A stretch of DNA of 64,000 nucleotides from a virus. Below, piece after piece: positions 9,567-19,025 of this stretch. The position numbers and the translations under genes are program-made. The DNA is taken from the IMG/VR virus record IMGVR_UViG_3300020392_000004; one strand, 5' to 3'. Position 1 is the first letter of the stretch. Every line of letters begins with the position of its first letter. The notes below the pieces were generated by a model. That model was not told the DNA's origin and did not search any database. It saw nothing but the letters and a program-made list of their open reading frames with translations.

Positions 9567-11149
9567 TACAATGCACCATATACATCACTATGATTTGCAA
9601 ATTTACTTTTTGATTGTCTCATTAAATTATCAAAAACTTTGTTTCTTAAATCTATCAATTCTTTAGGCATGTGACCATATACTTTATGCATATCTTTGAT
9701 ATTACCTAGTAGTTTGACAGCTTCTCTATCTTTCAATTCCTTTGCAAGTAATAATAATGATTCGTTGTGGTCGTTTCTATCTGTTAACTTTGCAATCTTT
9801 TCGATTACTTTTGGATTCATTTCTTTCTTTTCTACAATCATATTTCTATATGAGTCCATAACAGATTCATAAGCTTTTCTGTTGTTTCTTTTATTCATGT
9901 AGTAATCTTTCAAGAAATCTTTAGCTGCACTTAAAGGTATTTTATAATCTTTTGCAATTTCTTTTGCAGTTGCCCCTTGTTGGATATCCATGAGTAGTTG
10001 ACCCATTTTACCTTCGTCTAAATCTAGGTCTTCTTTTTTATCTTTCTTACCTTTCTTACCTTTTGCTTTGTATCCACTTGCAAATGCAGCTCGTCTTTGG
10101 GCGTCACTTGCAAATCCTTCATTTAGAATTGCGTCTATGAAATCTTCTACTTCGTCCTTTTGACTAATCTCACCATTTTCTAGTGCCCAATCGATTAATT
10201 CGTCTTCGACTTTTCTAGGTAAATCTTTTTGTTTTGACATACTTCTAAATGCATCTATATGTCTTCTATGTTTTGTAATGAGTTTTTTCCAGTCTCTATC
10301 TCTAGGATACATTTTAATTACATCTTTGTAATTCTCTTCTATCTCTTCGGACTTACCTTGAACCTTTGCAGCCAAGTCTTTATCTGCACCACCCCATGTT
10401 CCTTTTGATTTAGTGACAAAGGAATTAACGCGTGCATGTCCCCATTGAACTGCGTTTGTTCCAGGCCTATGACCTGATTGCCATGCTTTGACTCCTCTTT
10501 GGAATACTTGTTTTAGAATACCGAATGGCATTCCTGTTTTTTCTGCTTTCTTCTTGAGAGCTTTATCGGGTGATTCTTCTAGATTTTTTTTTTCTTCTTT
10601 GAGTGGGTCGTTTTCTGCTTTTCTCATCATTCTCATTGCAAGGTCAACAAGAGTATGGATATTTGCTTTTTCCATTTTCTTTTTGTTGTTATCGTTTACC
10701 TTGTCATAGATTTGAGAAATCATAGATGCAGTAAACATATCTACTGTGACTCCACCAACCTTTTTATGTTGTTTTTTACTCACAATATCATTGATATCAG
10801 GCATAAGGTTTCTACCTTCTATCATTAATGATTCGTCTAAAAGACCAACTAATCTATTAGATTCAAATGATTCGTTTGCAAACTTAAGTGCATGTTTTAC
10901 TTCTCTTGAGTTTAGAATCTTACTACCATAGAATTTTTTGATTTCTTTTTGTGCAACTGACATTGCACCACCAAGGTCTAATGCAACCTCGACTGCTTTC
11001 TTAATTTTTGCATCTTTTACTTTGTTCTTTTTAAAGTATGCAGATACTTCTCGACCTGTAAGTTTCTGTCTTCCATAAGGCCCTAGTGCATCGACTTTAC
11101 CGTCTTTGTCTAGAACTTTCTTTTCTTTTAACTCTTGGAATATATTCAT
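9566..11149 (-). CDS. modular Lys/Glu-rich protein with DUF5824-like module, putative internal head protein
   Basis: ALKKKAEKTG...RGVKAWQSGHRPG...QWGHARVNSF module; modules separated by (I/L)xE motifs. Confidence 0.7.
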   Translation of the reverse strand: MNIFQELKEKKVLDKDGKVDALGPYGRQKLTGREVSAYFKKNKVKDAKIKKAVEVALDLGGAMSVAQKEIKKFYGSKILNSREVKHALKFANESFESNRLVGLLDESLMIEGRNLMPDINDIVSKKQHKKVGGVTVDMFTASMISQIYDKVNDNNKKKMEKANIHTLVDLAMRMMRKAENDPLKEEKKNLEESPDKALKKKAEKTGMPFGILKQVFQRGVKAWQSGHRPGTNAVQWGHARVNSFVTKSKGTWGGADKDLAAKVQGKSEEIEENYKDVIKMYPRDRDWKKLITKHRRHIDAFRSMSKQKDLPRKVEDELIDWALENGEISQKDEVEDFIDAILNEGFASDAQRRAAFASGYKAKGKKGKKDKKEDLDLDEGKMGQLLMDIQQGATAKEIAKDYKIPLSAAKDFLKDYYMNKRNNRKAYESVMDSYRNMIVEKKEMNPKVIEKIAKLTDRNDHNESLLLLAKELKDREAVKLLGNIKDMHKVYGHMPKELIDLRNKVFDNLMRQSKSKFANHSDVYGAL

Positions 11150-11152
11150 TTG

Positions 11153-11890
11153 TTAGAATCCAAATATCATATCATATAAATCGGGGTCATGTTTGTCTAA
11201 TATAGCTGCAATCTCGTCTCTTGGTTGAGATTCCATATCACTAAAGATTTTATCTAATGATTTAAGACTTCTTTTAGTTAGTATTTCCATGTCGTCATAC
11301 ATTTCAGTCTCTAGTCCTGATTTGAACATTTTCATGAATGAGTTGATTCCTTTGACTACATCATCATATCCACCCTTCTTTTCTCTCTTAAGGATTTTGT
11401 TGATTTCAGATGTAATCTTACTGGACTTTTTTGATTTGTATTTCCCCTTCTTTGCCTCTCCTAGAGGTTCTATTTCCTCTGACATTTTGATTGCAATGTC
11501 TGTTGCTCTTTTAAGGTCTTTCTTTTCACCTTTAACCATTACATTGAAATGGCCTGCAACACTTCTCTCCATTTCTACTGAATCTACAAATGGTTCGATT
11601 TTTTTCTTAAATTTATTTGCTTCTGCTTTGTCAAAGTAGACATAGTTTAGTGAACCTTCGTCTAATAGATATCCTCTATAAAATTCTTTGACACTTTCTT
11701 CTGATTTACCTTTGAAGTTTTTATCTACATAGTCGAAAAACTTTTTCTTTTCTTCGTCTGATTTGAAATCTGCTGGAGAGTTCACACCAAATTTCTTTAG
11801 TGCTTTCTTAAAGAACTCTTCGTAATCTGCTCCTTGTTGTAGAAGTTTTCTTGAATCTTCTACTAGTGATTTTGGTAGGTCGTGTATCAT
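11153..11890 (-). CDS. modular charged hypothetical protein
   Basis: YEEFFKKALKKFGVNSPAD...KKFFDYVDKN module. Confidence 0.7.
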   Translation of the reverse strand: MIHDLPKSLVEDSRKLLQQGADYEEFFKKALKKFGVNSPADFKSDEEKKKFFDYVDKNFKGKSEESVKEFYRGYLLDEGSLNYVYFDKAEANKFKKKIEPFVDSVEMERSVAGHFNVMVKGEKKDLKRATDIAIKMSEEIEPLGEAKKGKYKSKKSSKITSEINKILKREKKGGYDDVVKGINSFMKMFKSGLETEMYDDMEILTKRSLKSLDKIFSDMESQPRDEIAAILDKHDPDLYDMIFGF

Positions 11891-12675
11891 TGGTTTAATT
11901 CTCCTTTTTCAAAGTATGCAAACATTTTTTGTTTACCTTCTTCGTTGAGTTTTAACTGCTTTGCAAGACGACCCAACATATTTCTTTCTACGAGTTTTTC
12001 TGTAGTCTTTTCAACTGATTCTTCTGATTCTTCGGGTAAAGGTTTTACTCCTTGTTGTTTGAACATTTTCATTAATGCATTGTTTGTTGCAAGTTTGATT
12101 TTTTTATCCTTACCCATTGCTTTCATGGTGTTTTCAAATCCTTTTGGATTTTGTTTCTGCATTGACATTGCAACTTTAACACCAGTCATGTTAAGGAGTT
12201 TTGCAATACCATACTGGAACATTTTATCACCACCAGTTTTAAATAGATTGTCTATCATTGCACCAGCTGAAGCTTCTACTAATGGTTCTACTTCTTCATC
12301 GACTTCTTCTTTTTGTAAGATTTTTGCAGTTTGAAGTTCACCAATTAATGAAAGAATCTCTTGTTGAGCTTTTAGGATAGACTCATATTTCTCGTTGAAC
12401 TTGGTATCTTTGAGTGTTTTATCACCCATTTTTGCAATCTTGAAGTAATCTTTCTTTGCTTTTTCGATAAGTTTAGAGAGTTTCTTGACTGCATTAATCT
12501 CTTTATCGGTGACTTCTTGTATATCTACTACATCTTCTTCTATAGAATTAAGTGATTCTTCGATTTGTTCGTTGAGAATGTCGTCTGCACTCTTTTCTAC
12601 ACTACCTTCTTTTAAAGCAATGTGATTACGGACTTGTTCAAGCTTCTCTTTCCAGTTTTCTGACTTATAACTCAT
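11887..12675 (-). CDS. Lys/Glu-rich hypothetical protein
   Basis: Long ORF directly after a late promoter. Confidence 0.7.
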   Translation of the reverse strand: MSYKSENWKEKLEQVRNHIALKEGSVEKSADDILNEQIEESLNSIEEDVVDIQEVTDKEINAVKKLSKLIEKAKKDYFKIAKMGDKTLKDTKFNEKYESILKAQQEILSLIGELQTAKILQKEEVDEEVEPLVEASAGAMIDNLFKTGGDKMFQYGIAKLLNMTGVKVAMSMQKQNPKGFENTMKAMGKDKKIKLATNNALMKMFKQQGVKPLPEESEESVEKTTEKLVERNMLGRLAKQLKLNEEGKQKMFAYFEKGELNQ

Positions 12676-12683
12676 AACAGTAT

Positions 12684-12691
12684 TATTTATA
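12684..12691 (-). promoter_or_regulatory. late promoter TATAAATA
   Basis: Exact T4 late consensus. Confidence 0.75.
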
Positions 12692-12974
12692 TATTCTCTA
12701 TCCTTACAATAAGATTTCCCTCACCTTTTATGACTCGGTGATATTTCATTTTAGGGATTGCATAGTTTTTCCCTACCTTTAATGGTTTAGGCAACTCGTC
12801 ATCAAGTTGTAATTCCCAACCAATCCCTGCTAAAACCGTGACCCGTCTAGTATCTTCGTCCCTATGCCAGATAAGTTCTCTATCTTCTAGGTCTTCACCA
12901 AAGGTTCTTACTCTGTATTCCTCTTTGGTTCCGTGTTTTTGTAAAATTTCTTCTGTATATGGTCTTGACACCAT
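12687..12974 (-). CDS. small cupin-like protein
   Basis: LIWHRD...WELQLDDELP...IPKMKYHRVIKG. Confidence 0.7.
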   Translation of the reverse strand: MVSRPYTEEILQKHGTKEEYRVRTFGEDLEDRELIWHRDEDTRRVTVLAGIGWELQLDDELPKPLKVGKNYAIPKMKYHRVIKGEGNLIVRIENI

Positions 12975-12984
12975 AATATTTAGT

Positions 12985-13527
12985 CTACCAAAAAAAGTTC
13001 CCACCGTCTGAAAGACCTAACTGTTTTGCATAATGAGGTAAACGACATGCCCAGTATCGAGCAGTTGTTTTATCATTTGCAGTTTCACATTTATGTCTTG
13101 CAGCGAAGGACTTTCGTGCTTTTTCGTTCCCCAATTTAACTTTTAAACCTGTTGTGTCACCCCATGTAATCTTCTTTACTTTCTCTGTTTTAGGGTCTTT
13201 TACATAGACATAGTATTTTTTTGGCCCACCTTTTTTAGGTTTATTGAGTTCTACCTTTTCTTCTTCGTTGATATACTGGTATTGAGGTAAATCTAAAGGA
13301 ACTAGTTCACCTTCGTATACTTCGAACTCACCTATGTCTGTTTCTATAATTTGTTTATCAACTTCTGTGAGAGTATATTTTCCCTCATTCATGAGTTTCT
13401 TTGCATGATTTATCGTCTCAAAAAACATTTGAGAACCTAATCTGAATGGATTGTCTAAAAGATTGATACCCTCGGCTTGCATGGCCTCAAGGGTTTCACT
13501 GATTGCTTGCTCTTTCAGTGTTTTCAT
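12985..13527 (-). CDS. hypothetical protein with DUF6321-like C-terminal domain
   Basis: KKYYVYVKDPK...ARKSFAARHKC...ARYWAC; MKTLKEQAISE leader. Confidence 0.7.
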   Translation of the reverse strand: MKTLKEQAISETLEAMQAEGINLLDNPFRLGSQMFFETINHAKKLMNEGKYTLTEVDKQIIETDIGEFEVYEGELVPLDLPQYQYINEEEKVELNKPKKGGPKKYYVYVKDPKTEKVKKITWGDTTGLKVKLGNEKARKSFAARHKCETANDKTTARYWACRLPHYAKQLGLSDGGNFFW

Positions 13528-13757
13528 TATGTAATTTCTTCAACTTTAAATTCTTCGTTTGCTGGATAACCCTTTAAAGGATTACCGAATACTTGAGAGA
13601 AATGTTTCTTGACTTTATTTTTTTGTTCGTGAAACGATTTTTCCTTTTCTTTGATATATTTCTCCACACTCTGGCCTGGTGTGTCCTCTTGATAAGACAT
13701 TCTTATCTCGTCTGTTCCCTGTTCTAATACTCCGTTGTCTGTCTTGTTGCCTGGCAT
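13527..13757 (-). CDS. hypothetical protein
   Basis: TAATG coupling at both ends; LEQGTD...DTPGQ motif. Confidence 0.7.
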   Translation of the reverse strand: MPGNKTDNGVLEQGTDEIRMSYQEDTPGQSVEKYIKEKEKSFHEQKNKVKKHFSQVFGNPLKGYPANEEFKVEEIT

Positions 13758-15145
13758 TACTTTCCTTCCTTATCTTTGAGATAGGCTGCAACAGCCATCT
13801 TCCTGATTTTCTTATCTGTTTTACCCTTAAATTGGGGTGCATCAGACTTTCTAAAGTCATCGATATAATCTCCTGCGTCGTCTTTTTTGGGGTCAAGTTT
13901 CTCATACTTGGGTGATTTTTTCTTCGTTCCGTCTGAACGAGGAATGAGTCCTTTTGCTTTTAAATGTGTTTTATCACCGAATCCAGCTTTACCTGCTTTA
14001 TATCGTTTCATTGCATCTTCTGTATCAGGTGCTTTTTCCTGAATGGATTCGTTTGTTGCTCTCTTTCTCGCTGCTTCTCTCTCTGCGTCTATCTGTTTGT
14101 TTGCAGTTTCTTTTTCTTTCTGTAGGTCTATTGCTCTCATTTCTCTTTCGTGTCTATCTTTGAGTGCCTCGACTTCACCTTCATGTTTTTGTTTGAGTCT
14201 CTCGATTTCTTCTGCCTGTCTTGCCTTGAGATTTGCAGCGTCAACAGCAGCGTCTTCCTGTATATTATCTCCGAATTTCAGGAATAACTTATTTTTCTGT
14301 TGTGCTTTATCTGTGACTTTATGACCTACAAATGCACCTAATGTATTAATCAGTGCAATACCTTTCTCTTTATTCTTTGATAATTCTTTTTCGACCTTTA
14401 AGTAGATATCGTTTAATATCTTTTTTACTATATCTCTATTGGCTGCAACTAGCTTACCTTCTTCTATTTCTTCTTGAGCTCTTTTTATTTGGTCATCAGT
14501 TGGAGCTCCTTTTGCACCTTTGGGTCTCATTTTCTCACCACGAGCTTTCTTTGCACGAATGTTATCCCAAAGACCAGCTTCTTTTAAGTCTTCTTCAAAC
14601 ATAGGCATTAGAGCTTTGACTACTTTACCTAATACTGCTGGGTCTATACTTGCAATGAACTCCGATTCTTTTCTCTTTAGATTTCTAATCTTCTTGATTT
14701 TGTTGTGAATGTTTGTGTAGACTCTTTCGTCTAGTGGTATGTCACCTGCTACAATCATACCTATCTGATTAATTAGAGAAGTGACTACTGGTGTAGGTAG
14801 TGTAGATAATTGTTGCACCATATCTCTCGATATACCTTTCACATTCTTTAGTTTCTTCTTCCAAGAAGAGATTGCAGTCATATCTTTCTTCTTCTCTCCA
14901 AACATTTTTTGGAATTTTTTAGTATGTTTAGAAGGTTTAGTTTCTGCACCTTTGTCGCCTGGAGCTGGTTCTTTACTACCTTTTGCAAAATGAGCAGCTC
15001 TTTTATCCTTTGTATCCTGTGACATTTCGTCACCGTCAGCGTCTTTTGCATAGTATTTTTTAGGCTGTGTTCCCTTCTTATCCTCAACATCTTTATCTTG
15101 TTGAGTTTTTCGAAGTTTCTCTACTATTGTATCTAATTCTGGCAT
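13757..15145 (-). CDS. modular Lys/Glu-rich protein, putative internal head protein
   Basis: Short modules (GTQPKKYY; GLWDNIRAKKARG; DFRKSDAPQFKGK...MAVAA) bounded by xxE motifs. Confidence 0.75.
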   Translation of the reverse strand: MPELDTIVEKLRKTQQDKDVEDKKGTQPKKYYAKDADGDEMSQDTKDKRAAHFAKGSKEPAPGDKGAETKPSKHTKKFQKMFGEKKKDMTAISSWKKKLKNVKGISRDMVQQLSTLPTPVVTSLINQIGMIVAGDIPLDERVYTNIHNKIKKIRNLKRKESEFIASIDPAVLGKVVKALMPMFEEDLKEAGLWDNIRAKKARGEKMRPKGAKGAPTDDQIKRAQEEIEEGKLVAANRDIVKKILNDIYLKVEKELSKNKEKGIALINTLGAFVGHKVTDKAQQKNKLFLKFGDNIQEDAAVDAANLKARQAEEIERLKQKHEGEVEALKDRHEREMRAIDLQKEKETANKQIDAEREAARKRATNESIQEKAPDTEDAMKRYKAGKAGFGDKTHLKAKGLIPRSDGTKKKSPKYEKLDPKKDDAGDYIDDFRKSDAPQFKGKTDKKIRKMAVAAYLKDKEGK

Positions 15146-15150
15146 AATAC

Positions 15151-15158
15151 TATTTATA
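15151..15158 (-). promoter_or_regulatory. late promoter TATAAATA
   Basis: Exact consensus, 5 nt before ATG 15145. Confidence 0.75.
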
Positions 15159-15162
15159 ATTT

Positions 15163-16452
15163 TTAACGAGCTCTTCCAGCCTTCTTCTCTAACTCGTTAG
15201 TTCTCCATTGTTGAGCTATTTTGTTTTTAGGAAAAGAGGTTGACCAAGACATCATTTTTGTGAATAAAGCTTTTGTTTTACTTTTTAGAGTTGCCAAGTC
15301 ATCGTCATTTGACAATGATACAAAGTCTCTTTTAAATAAAGATTTTAGTTTACTTGCATTCTTTTCTACAGCTTCCCAGTCCTTTTCTACAACTTGAGGT
15401 GGGAGTTTTCTAGGTCTCATTTCATTTCTCTTTTGTGCATTATCTAAACTTGTTCTTACATATATCATTTTAGATTCATAACCTAATACATCTAACATTT
15501 TCTTATAGTTTTGTATTTTACTTATTTTTGCAGAAGTTGTATCAAATACTAAACCTAGTCTTCCACCTATGTATCGGTCTAGTTGATTACCTGTAATTTT
15601 CTTTGCTTTAGTTCGAATCGGGTCTCTGACATCAGCAGGTAATTTTCGTAAGTCTAGAGATAATCCAGCTTTCTTTAGTCCAGTCTCAAAAGCTTTATCT
15701 GAATTGATTAACTTAAGACCTAATGCCTTAAATCCTAAATCATCTACAACTGTAGATTTACCACTGCCTGGGCCACCCATAAGGAATACTGCTTTGAAGG
15801 TGCCTGGGTCATAAACACCTTCGGCAATCAAATCTTCCATCATATAATGTGGTAGTGTTCCCTCTGTAATACCCATTCCTTTTCTGACTGCTTTATATAA
15901 CTGTTTTTTTGCACCACTATTAGAAGAAGGGACACCTTTTGCAAACTCTTCGAAGTTTCCGTCCTCTGCATACTGTCTCATTTTACTTGCAGACATTCCT
16001 GATACATCGTCTGCATCGGGGTCTCTCTCACCAGCTGATACAATATTAATCTCTTTAAATTTGTAGTATCCGTGTCTTGCTTTGACTCCGTTGTATTTGG
16101 TCAAAAGGTTCTCAAACTCTTTAACTCTATCAGAACCTACAACCATATTGATATGTGTATATCCTTGTTTGTGTAATTCATTTGCAATCTCAAATACAGT
16201 TCTGACATTTGCATCTACAATAATCCTTCCAAAGAATTTACGAAGAAATTTTACCTTATCTCTGTGATTTAGTGGGTTTTTTCTTTTGTCATTAGAATGA
16301 GAAGAGAAAATCATAGTATCTGTTCCCGAACCTAATGATTTTAATTTCTTAACTAGTAATGCATGACCTGTGGTAGGTGGATTGAATCGACCAAAAGAGA
16401 ATGTTGCCTCTTTGTCTTTTTTCTCTGTTAAAAAGGTTTGTAATGTTTTCAT
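15163..16452 (-). CDS. cytidyltransferase-like (HIGH) nucleotidyltransferase fused to P-loop kinase
   Basis: FSFGRFNPPTTGH, VVGSDR, MSASKMR; second domain MGGPGSGKS; MKTLQTFLTE leader. Confidence 0.85.
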   Translation of the reverse strand: MKTLQTFLTEKKDKEATFSFGRFNPPTTGHALLVKKLKSLGSGTDTMIFSSHSNDKRKNPLNHRDKVKFLRKFFGRIIVDANVRTVFEIANELHKQGYTHINMVVGSDRVKEFENLLTKYNGVKARHGYYKFKEINIVSAGERDPDADDVSGMSASKMRQYAEDGNFEEFAKGVPSSNSGAKKQLYKAVRKGMGITEGTLPHYMMEDLIAEGVYDPGTFKAVFLMGGPGSGKSTVVDDLGFKALGLKLINSDKAFETGLKKAGLSLDLRKLPADVRDPIRTKAKKITGNQLDRYIGGRLGLVFDTTSAKISKIQNYKKMLDVLGYESKMIYVRTSLDNAQKRNEMRPRKLPPQVVEKDWEAVEKNASKLKSLFKRDFVSLSNDDDLATLKSKTKALFTKMMSWSTSFPKNKIAQQWRTNELEKKAGRAR

Positions 16453-17654
16453 TATTTGTCCCAATTCTTCTGTGCAGTGAAGTTATTGAATGCAAACTCC
16501 ATTCTATCTACGAGTTTTACTGCACTTCCTTTTTTGTCTATTGCAACATAACCTTCGGGATTCACTGCTTCGAATCCGTTATCTGTCTTTTTGAAGGTTC
16601 CTATACTCTTTACTCTATTTAGGACATTTATAATCATTTGTTTGGCCTCTACTAAATGACCCATAAATTTTGTTAGATTATCTATTAGTTTTTTTAGAGA
16701 CCTCATTTCGTTGTAAATCTGTTCACCAATTTCTCTTTTGATTTGTTTGGTCTTCTCTGTTTTTACTTTACCTACAACTTTGTCTCTCCAGTATATTTCG
16801 AAGTATTTCATATAATCCACATACGAAGGATTATATTTTCCTGCCCTTATGAGTGAATTACAATATGTTTTATAACTTGCACCAGCTCCTTTTTTACCAA
16901 TTGCACCTTGTAATTCCATGAACTTCTGTAAATCATTTCTTTTGATTCCGTGAAATGCTTTACCTGCCTTTGATAAAGCTCCAGTCAATGCAAGAGTTTC
17001 TTTTGCAGTCATAGAACCTTTACCACTTACATCTTTATAACTTGCATCGTCAATCCATACATCTGAACTACTTCCTAGTTTAGATATGTTTGCACCAAAA
17101 CTTGCAGATAGACCCTCTATATCTGAACCTGTATATGTTGTATGAAAAACAATACCCATTTTAGACCTTGCAATCTCTTTTCCTAAATCTGAATCTACTT
17201 GAACTGCATATAAAATTGTATTTGGTTGAAATGTTATGAAAGACTCATTACCTATCTTTGTCATTTTTGTATCGTCTGTATACATTAAATCACCTTGCAT
17301 GATTGTATTCCAAGATAATTTAGATAGGTATTTGTATGCAGTCAGAAACTTACTTTTTAATTCACCCGATAGTTCCTCTGCATTTTTGATTTCTGATTCG
17401 GAAGTATAATATAGGGGGGTCTTGTTAAATAATGATTTCTTTGCAACAAAGAATTGACCAGTCTCGGGGTGTTGACCACAAAAAATAGCAGGAGCTCCGT
17501 CCCACTTTACTGTCATATTTACACCCGAGGTTGCATTACCTTTTAACATATCACGAAGACCTTGCATAAAGTTTATTGCACCACGACCACCGTCAATTCC
17601 TTGATTGATGATTTCGTCCTCTATATGTTCTAGATGTAAATTCTTTGCAGCCAT
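16452..17654 (-). CDS. DUF6267-like protein, possible ligase-fold nucleotidyltransferase
   Basis: NLHLEHIED, TVKWDGAPA (KxDG), QGD, EGYV, VKLVDR. Confidence 0.7.
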   Translation of the reverse strand: MAAKNLHLEHIEDEIINQGIDGGRGAINFMQGLRDMLKGNATSGVNMTVKWDGAPAIFCGQHPETGQFFVAKKSLFNKTPLYYTSESEIKNAEELSGELKSKFLTAYKYLSKLSWNTIMQGDLMYTDDTKMTKIGNESFITFQPNTILYAVQVDSDLGKEIARSKMGIVFHTTYTGSDIEGLSASFGANISKLGSSSDVWIDDASYKDVSGKGSMTAKETLALTGALSKAGKAFHGIKRNDLQKFMELQGAIGKKGAGASYKTYCNSLIRAGKYNPSYVDYMKYFEIYWRDKVVGKVKTEKTKQIKREIGEQIYNEMRSLKKLIDNLTKFMGHLVEAKQMIINVLNRVKSIGTFKKTDNGFEAVNPEGYVAIDKKGSAVKLVDRMEFAFNNFTAQKNWDK

Positions 17655-17669
17655 AATTTATTCTCGGAA

Positions 17670-18095
17670 TTATGTGCCTGCAGCTTCTGCTATTGCTTGT
17701 GCCTCTTCAGCTGTCTCGTCACCTGTATATCCTGCGTCAATTTTTGCTTGGACATTTGACTTCTCTGTATCAAAATTTTCAACTTGTGACTTTAAATCAG
17801 CTAATCCTGATGATTCAATCGAAGATAAATTAGACCCATTATCTGACCAATGTTTCCATTGATTGTAAACTTCTAATTCGTATCCTGTAGAACTCTCACT
17901 TGCAGAAGGGTTTGCAGTTCTCCATTGACTATAAAATGCGTCACCACCAGCACCCGTGAAAGACTCTTGTAGTGCTAGAGGGTCACCATAATATATGTCC
18001 CAAGTGTTTGAATTGCCTTCAATCCAATCAATTTGTTTTTGTGATTCTGCTTTAAACGCATCTAATTGCGTTATTCGGTCTGAATGTGCGCCCAT
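17670..18095 (-). CDS. acidic hypothetical protein
   Basis: ORF with GGGAG SD downstream of late promoter. Confidence 0.7.
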   Translation of the reverse strand: MGAHSDRITQLDAFKAESQKQIDWIEGNSNTWDIYYGDPLALQESFTGAGGDAFYSQWRTANPSASESSTGYELEVYNQWKHWSDNGSNLSSIESSGLADLKSQVENFDTEKSNVQAKIDAGYTGDETAEEAQAIAEAAGT

Positions 18096-18122
18096 ATTTT
18101 CTCCCTTTTGAGTTATATGAAC

Positions 18123-18130
18123 TATTTATA
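18123..18130 (-). promoter_or_regulatory. late promoter TATAAATA
   Basis: Exact consensus. Confidence 0.75.
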
Positions 18131-18302
18131 TTTTTGAAAGGGGTGAGGAATGAAGTTTATCCTCTAGTTGGTCTATTTTGAGTTGCACGATTTGTGCTTT
18201 TTTGAGGTCACCTTGTCTTTTTAATTCACGAAGTTCCTTCTTAAGTTCTATCTTAAGACTGATAGTATCAATAACTGTAGAAGGTTTTAGTGTTTTACTC
18301 AT
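18126..18302 (-). CDS. small coiled-coil hypothetical protein (58 aa, not in ORF track)
   Basis: Manual translation MSKTLKPSTVIDTISLKIELKKELRELK...; CATAAATA upstream. Confidence 0.65.
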   Translation of the reverse strand: MSKTLKPSTVIDTISLKIELKKELRELKRQGDLKKAQIVQLKIDQLEDKLHSSPLSKI

Positions 18303-18314
18303 AATAATTAGTAT

Positions 18315-18533
18315 TTATGCAACAAGAATACAATCATCACTTAACGGGTCTTTGCAGTTATTTGTATAATCTTCATGGTCTTCATGTTTAATTGGGTCTT
18401 GTCGATAATCATGTATTGGTTCAAGACCAGCACACCCAAGTAAAAATACCAAAGGTATAAGAATATATAATCCATATATGAGTCTTACGACTCTACGATA
18501 CTGTTTCTCACCTTTTTCAGTTATATCATACAT
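18315..18533 (-). CDS. putative small lipoprotein
   Basis: Hydrophobic stretch ending in lipobox LLGC; TAATG overlap. Confidence 0.6.
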   Translation of the reverse strand: MYDITEKGEKQYRRVVRLIYGLYILIPLVFLLGCAGLEPIHDYRQDPIKHEDHEDYTNNCKDPLSDDCILVA

Positions 18534-18988
18534 TAAAAATCTCCGTCTGCAACTTGAACAACAGTGGTTCCTCTTTGTCTCCACATATCAACAACCTTGT
18601 TTCTGTCGTCAAAAACCAAGTCAATTTTACCACCTAACTCTTCAAACTTGTCTGCAAGTTCAGATTTGAATTCTTCATCGGGTCTGAAATCACCATTAGG
18701 TCTTAAGAAAACACCTTTGTGTCCGTCACCAATCCATTCAGAAATCTGTTTTTCAGTAATCTTTCTTTCTGATTCGTTCCTAGCAGAAAAGAATGCAACT
18801 TCATCACCTTGTGCAATGTGTCTTTTTGCAATATCACAAACCCATTGAACAGGAGTATCATTAACAGTTGCTTTTCTAAATGCAGTCCAGTCGGGTTTAA
18901 ACCCTTTATCACCATTTACAAGATGTCTTCTATGTTCAACATCTGCAATTGTTCCGTCTACATCAAAAATTATTACTTTATTCATCAT
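18533..18988 (-). CDS. HAD-family phosphatase (PseT 3'-phosphatase-like domain)
   Basis: FDVDGT motif I, FSAR, K, FDDR. Confidence 0.88.
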   Translation of the reverse strand: MMNKVIIFDVDGTIADVEHRRHLVNGDKGFKPDWTAFRKATVNDTPVQWVCDIAKRHIAQGDEVAFFSARNESERKITEKQISEWIGDGHKGVFLRPNGDFRPDEEFKSELADKFEELGGKIDLVFDDRNKVVDMWRQRGTTVVQVADGDF

Positions 18989-18992
18989 GTAT

Positions 18993-19025
18993 ATTATACG
19001 AAAAAAATGGGCCTATTGTCAAGGC
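18993..19025 (-). promoter_or_regulatory. early sigma70-type promoter
   Basis: GCCTTGACA...TATAAT. Confidence 0.75.
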
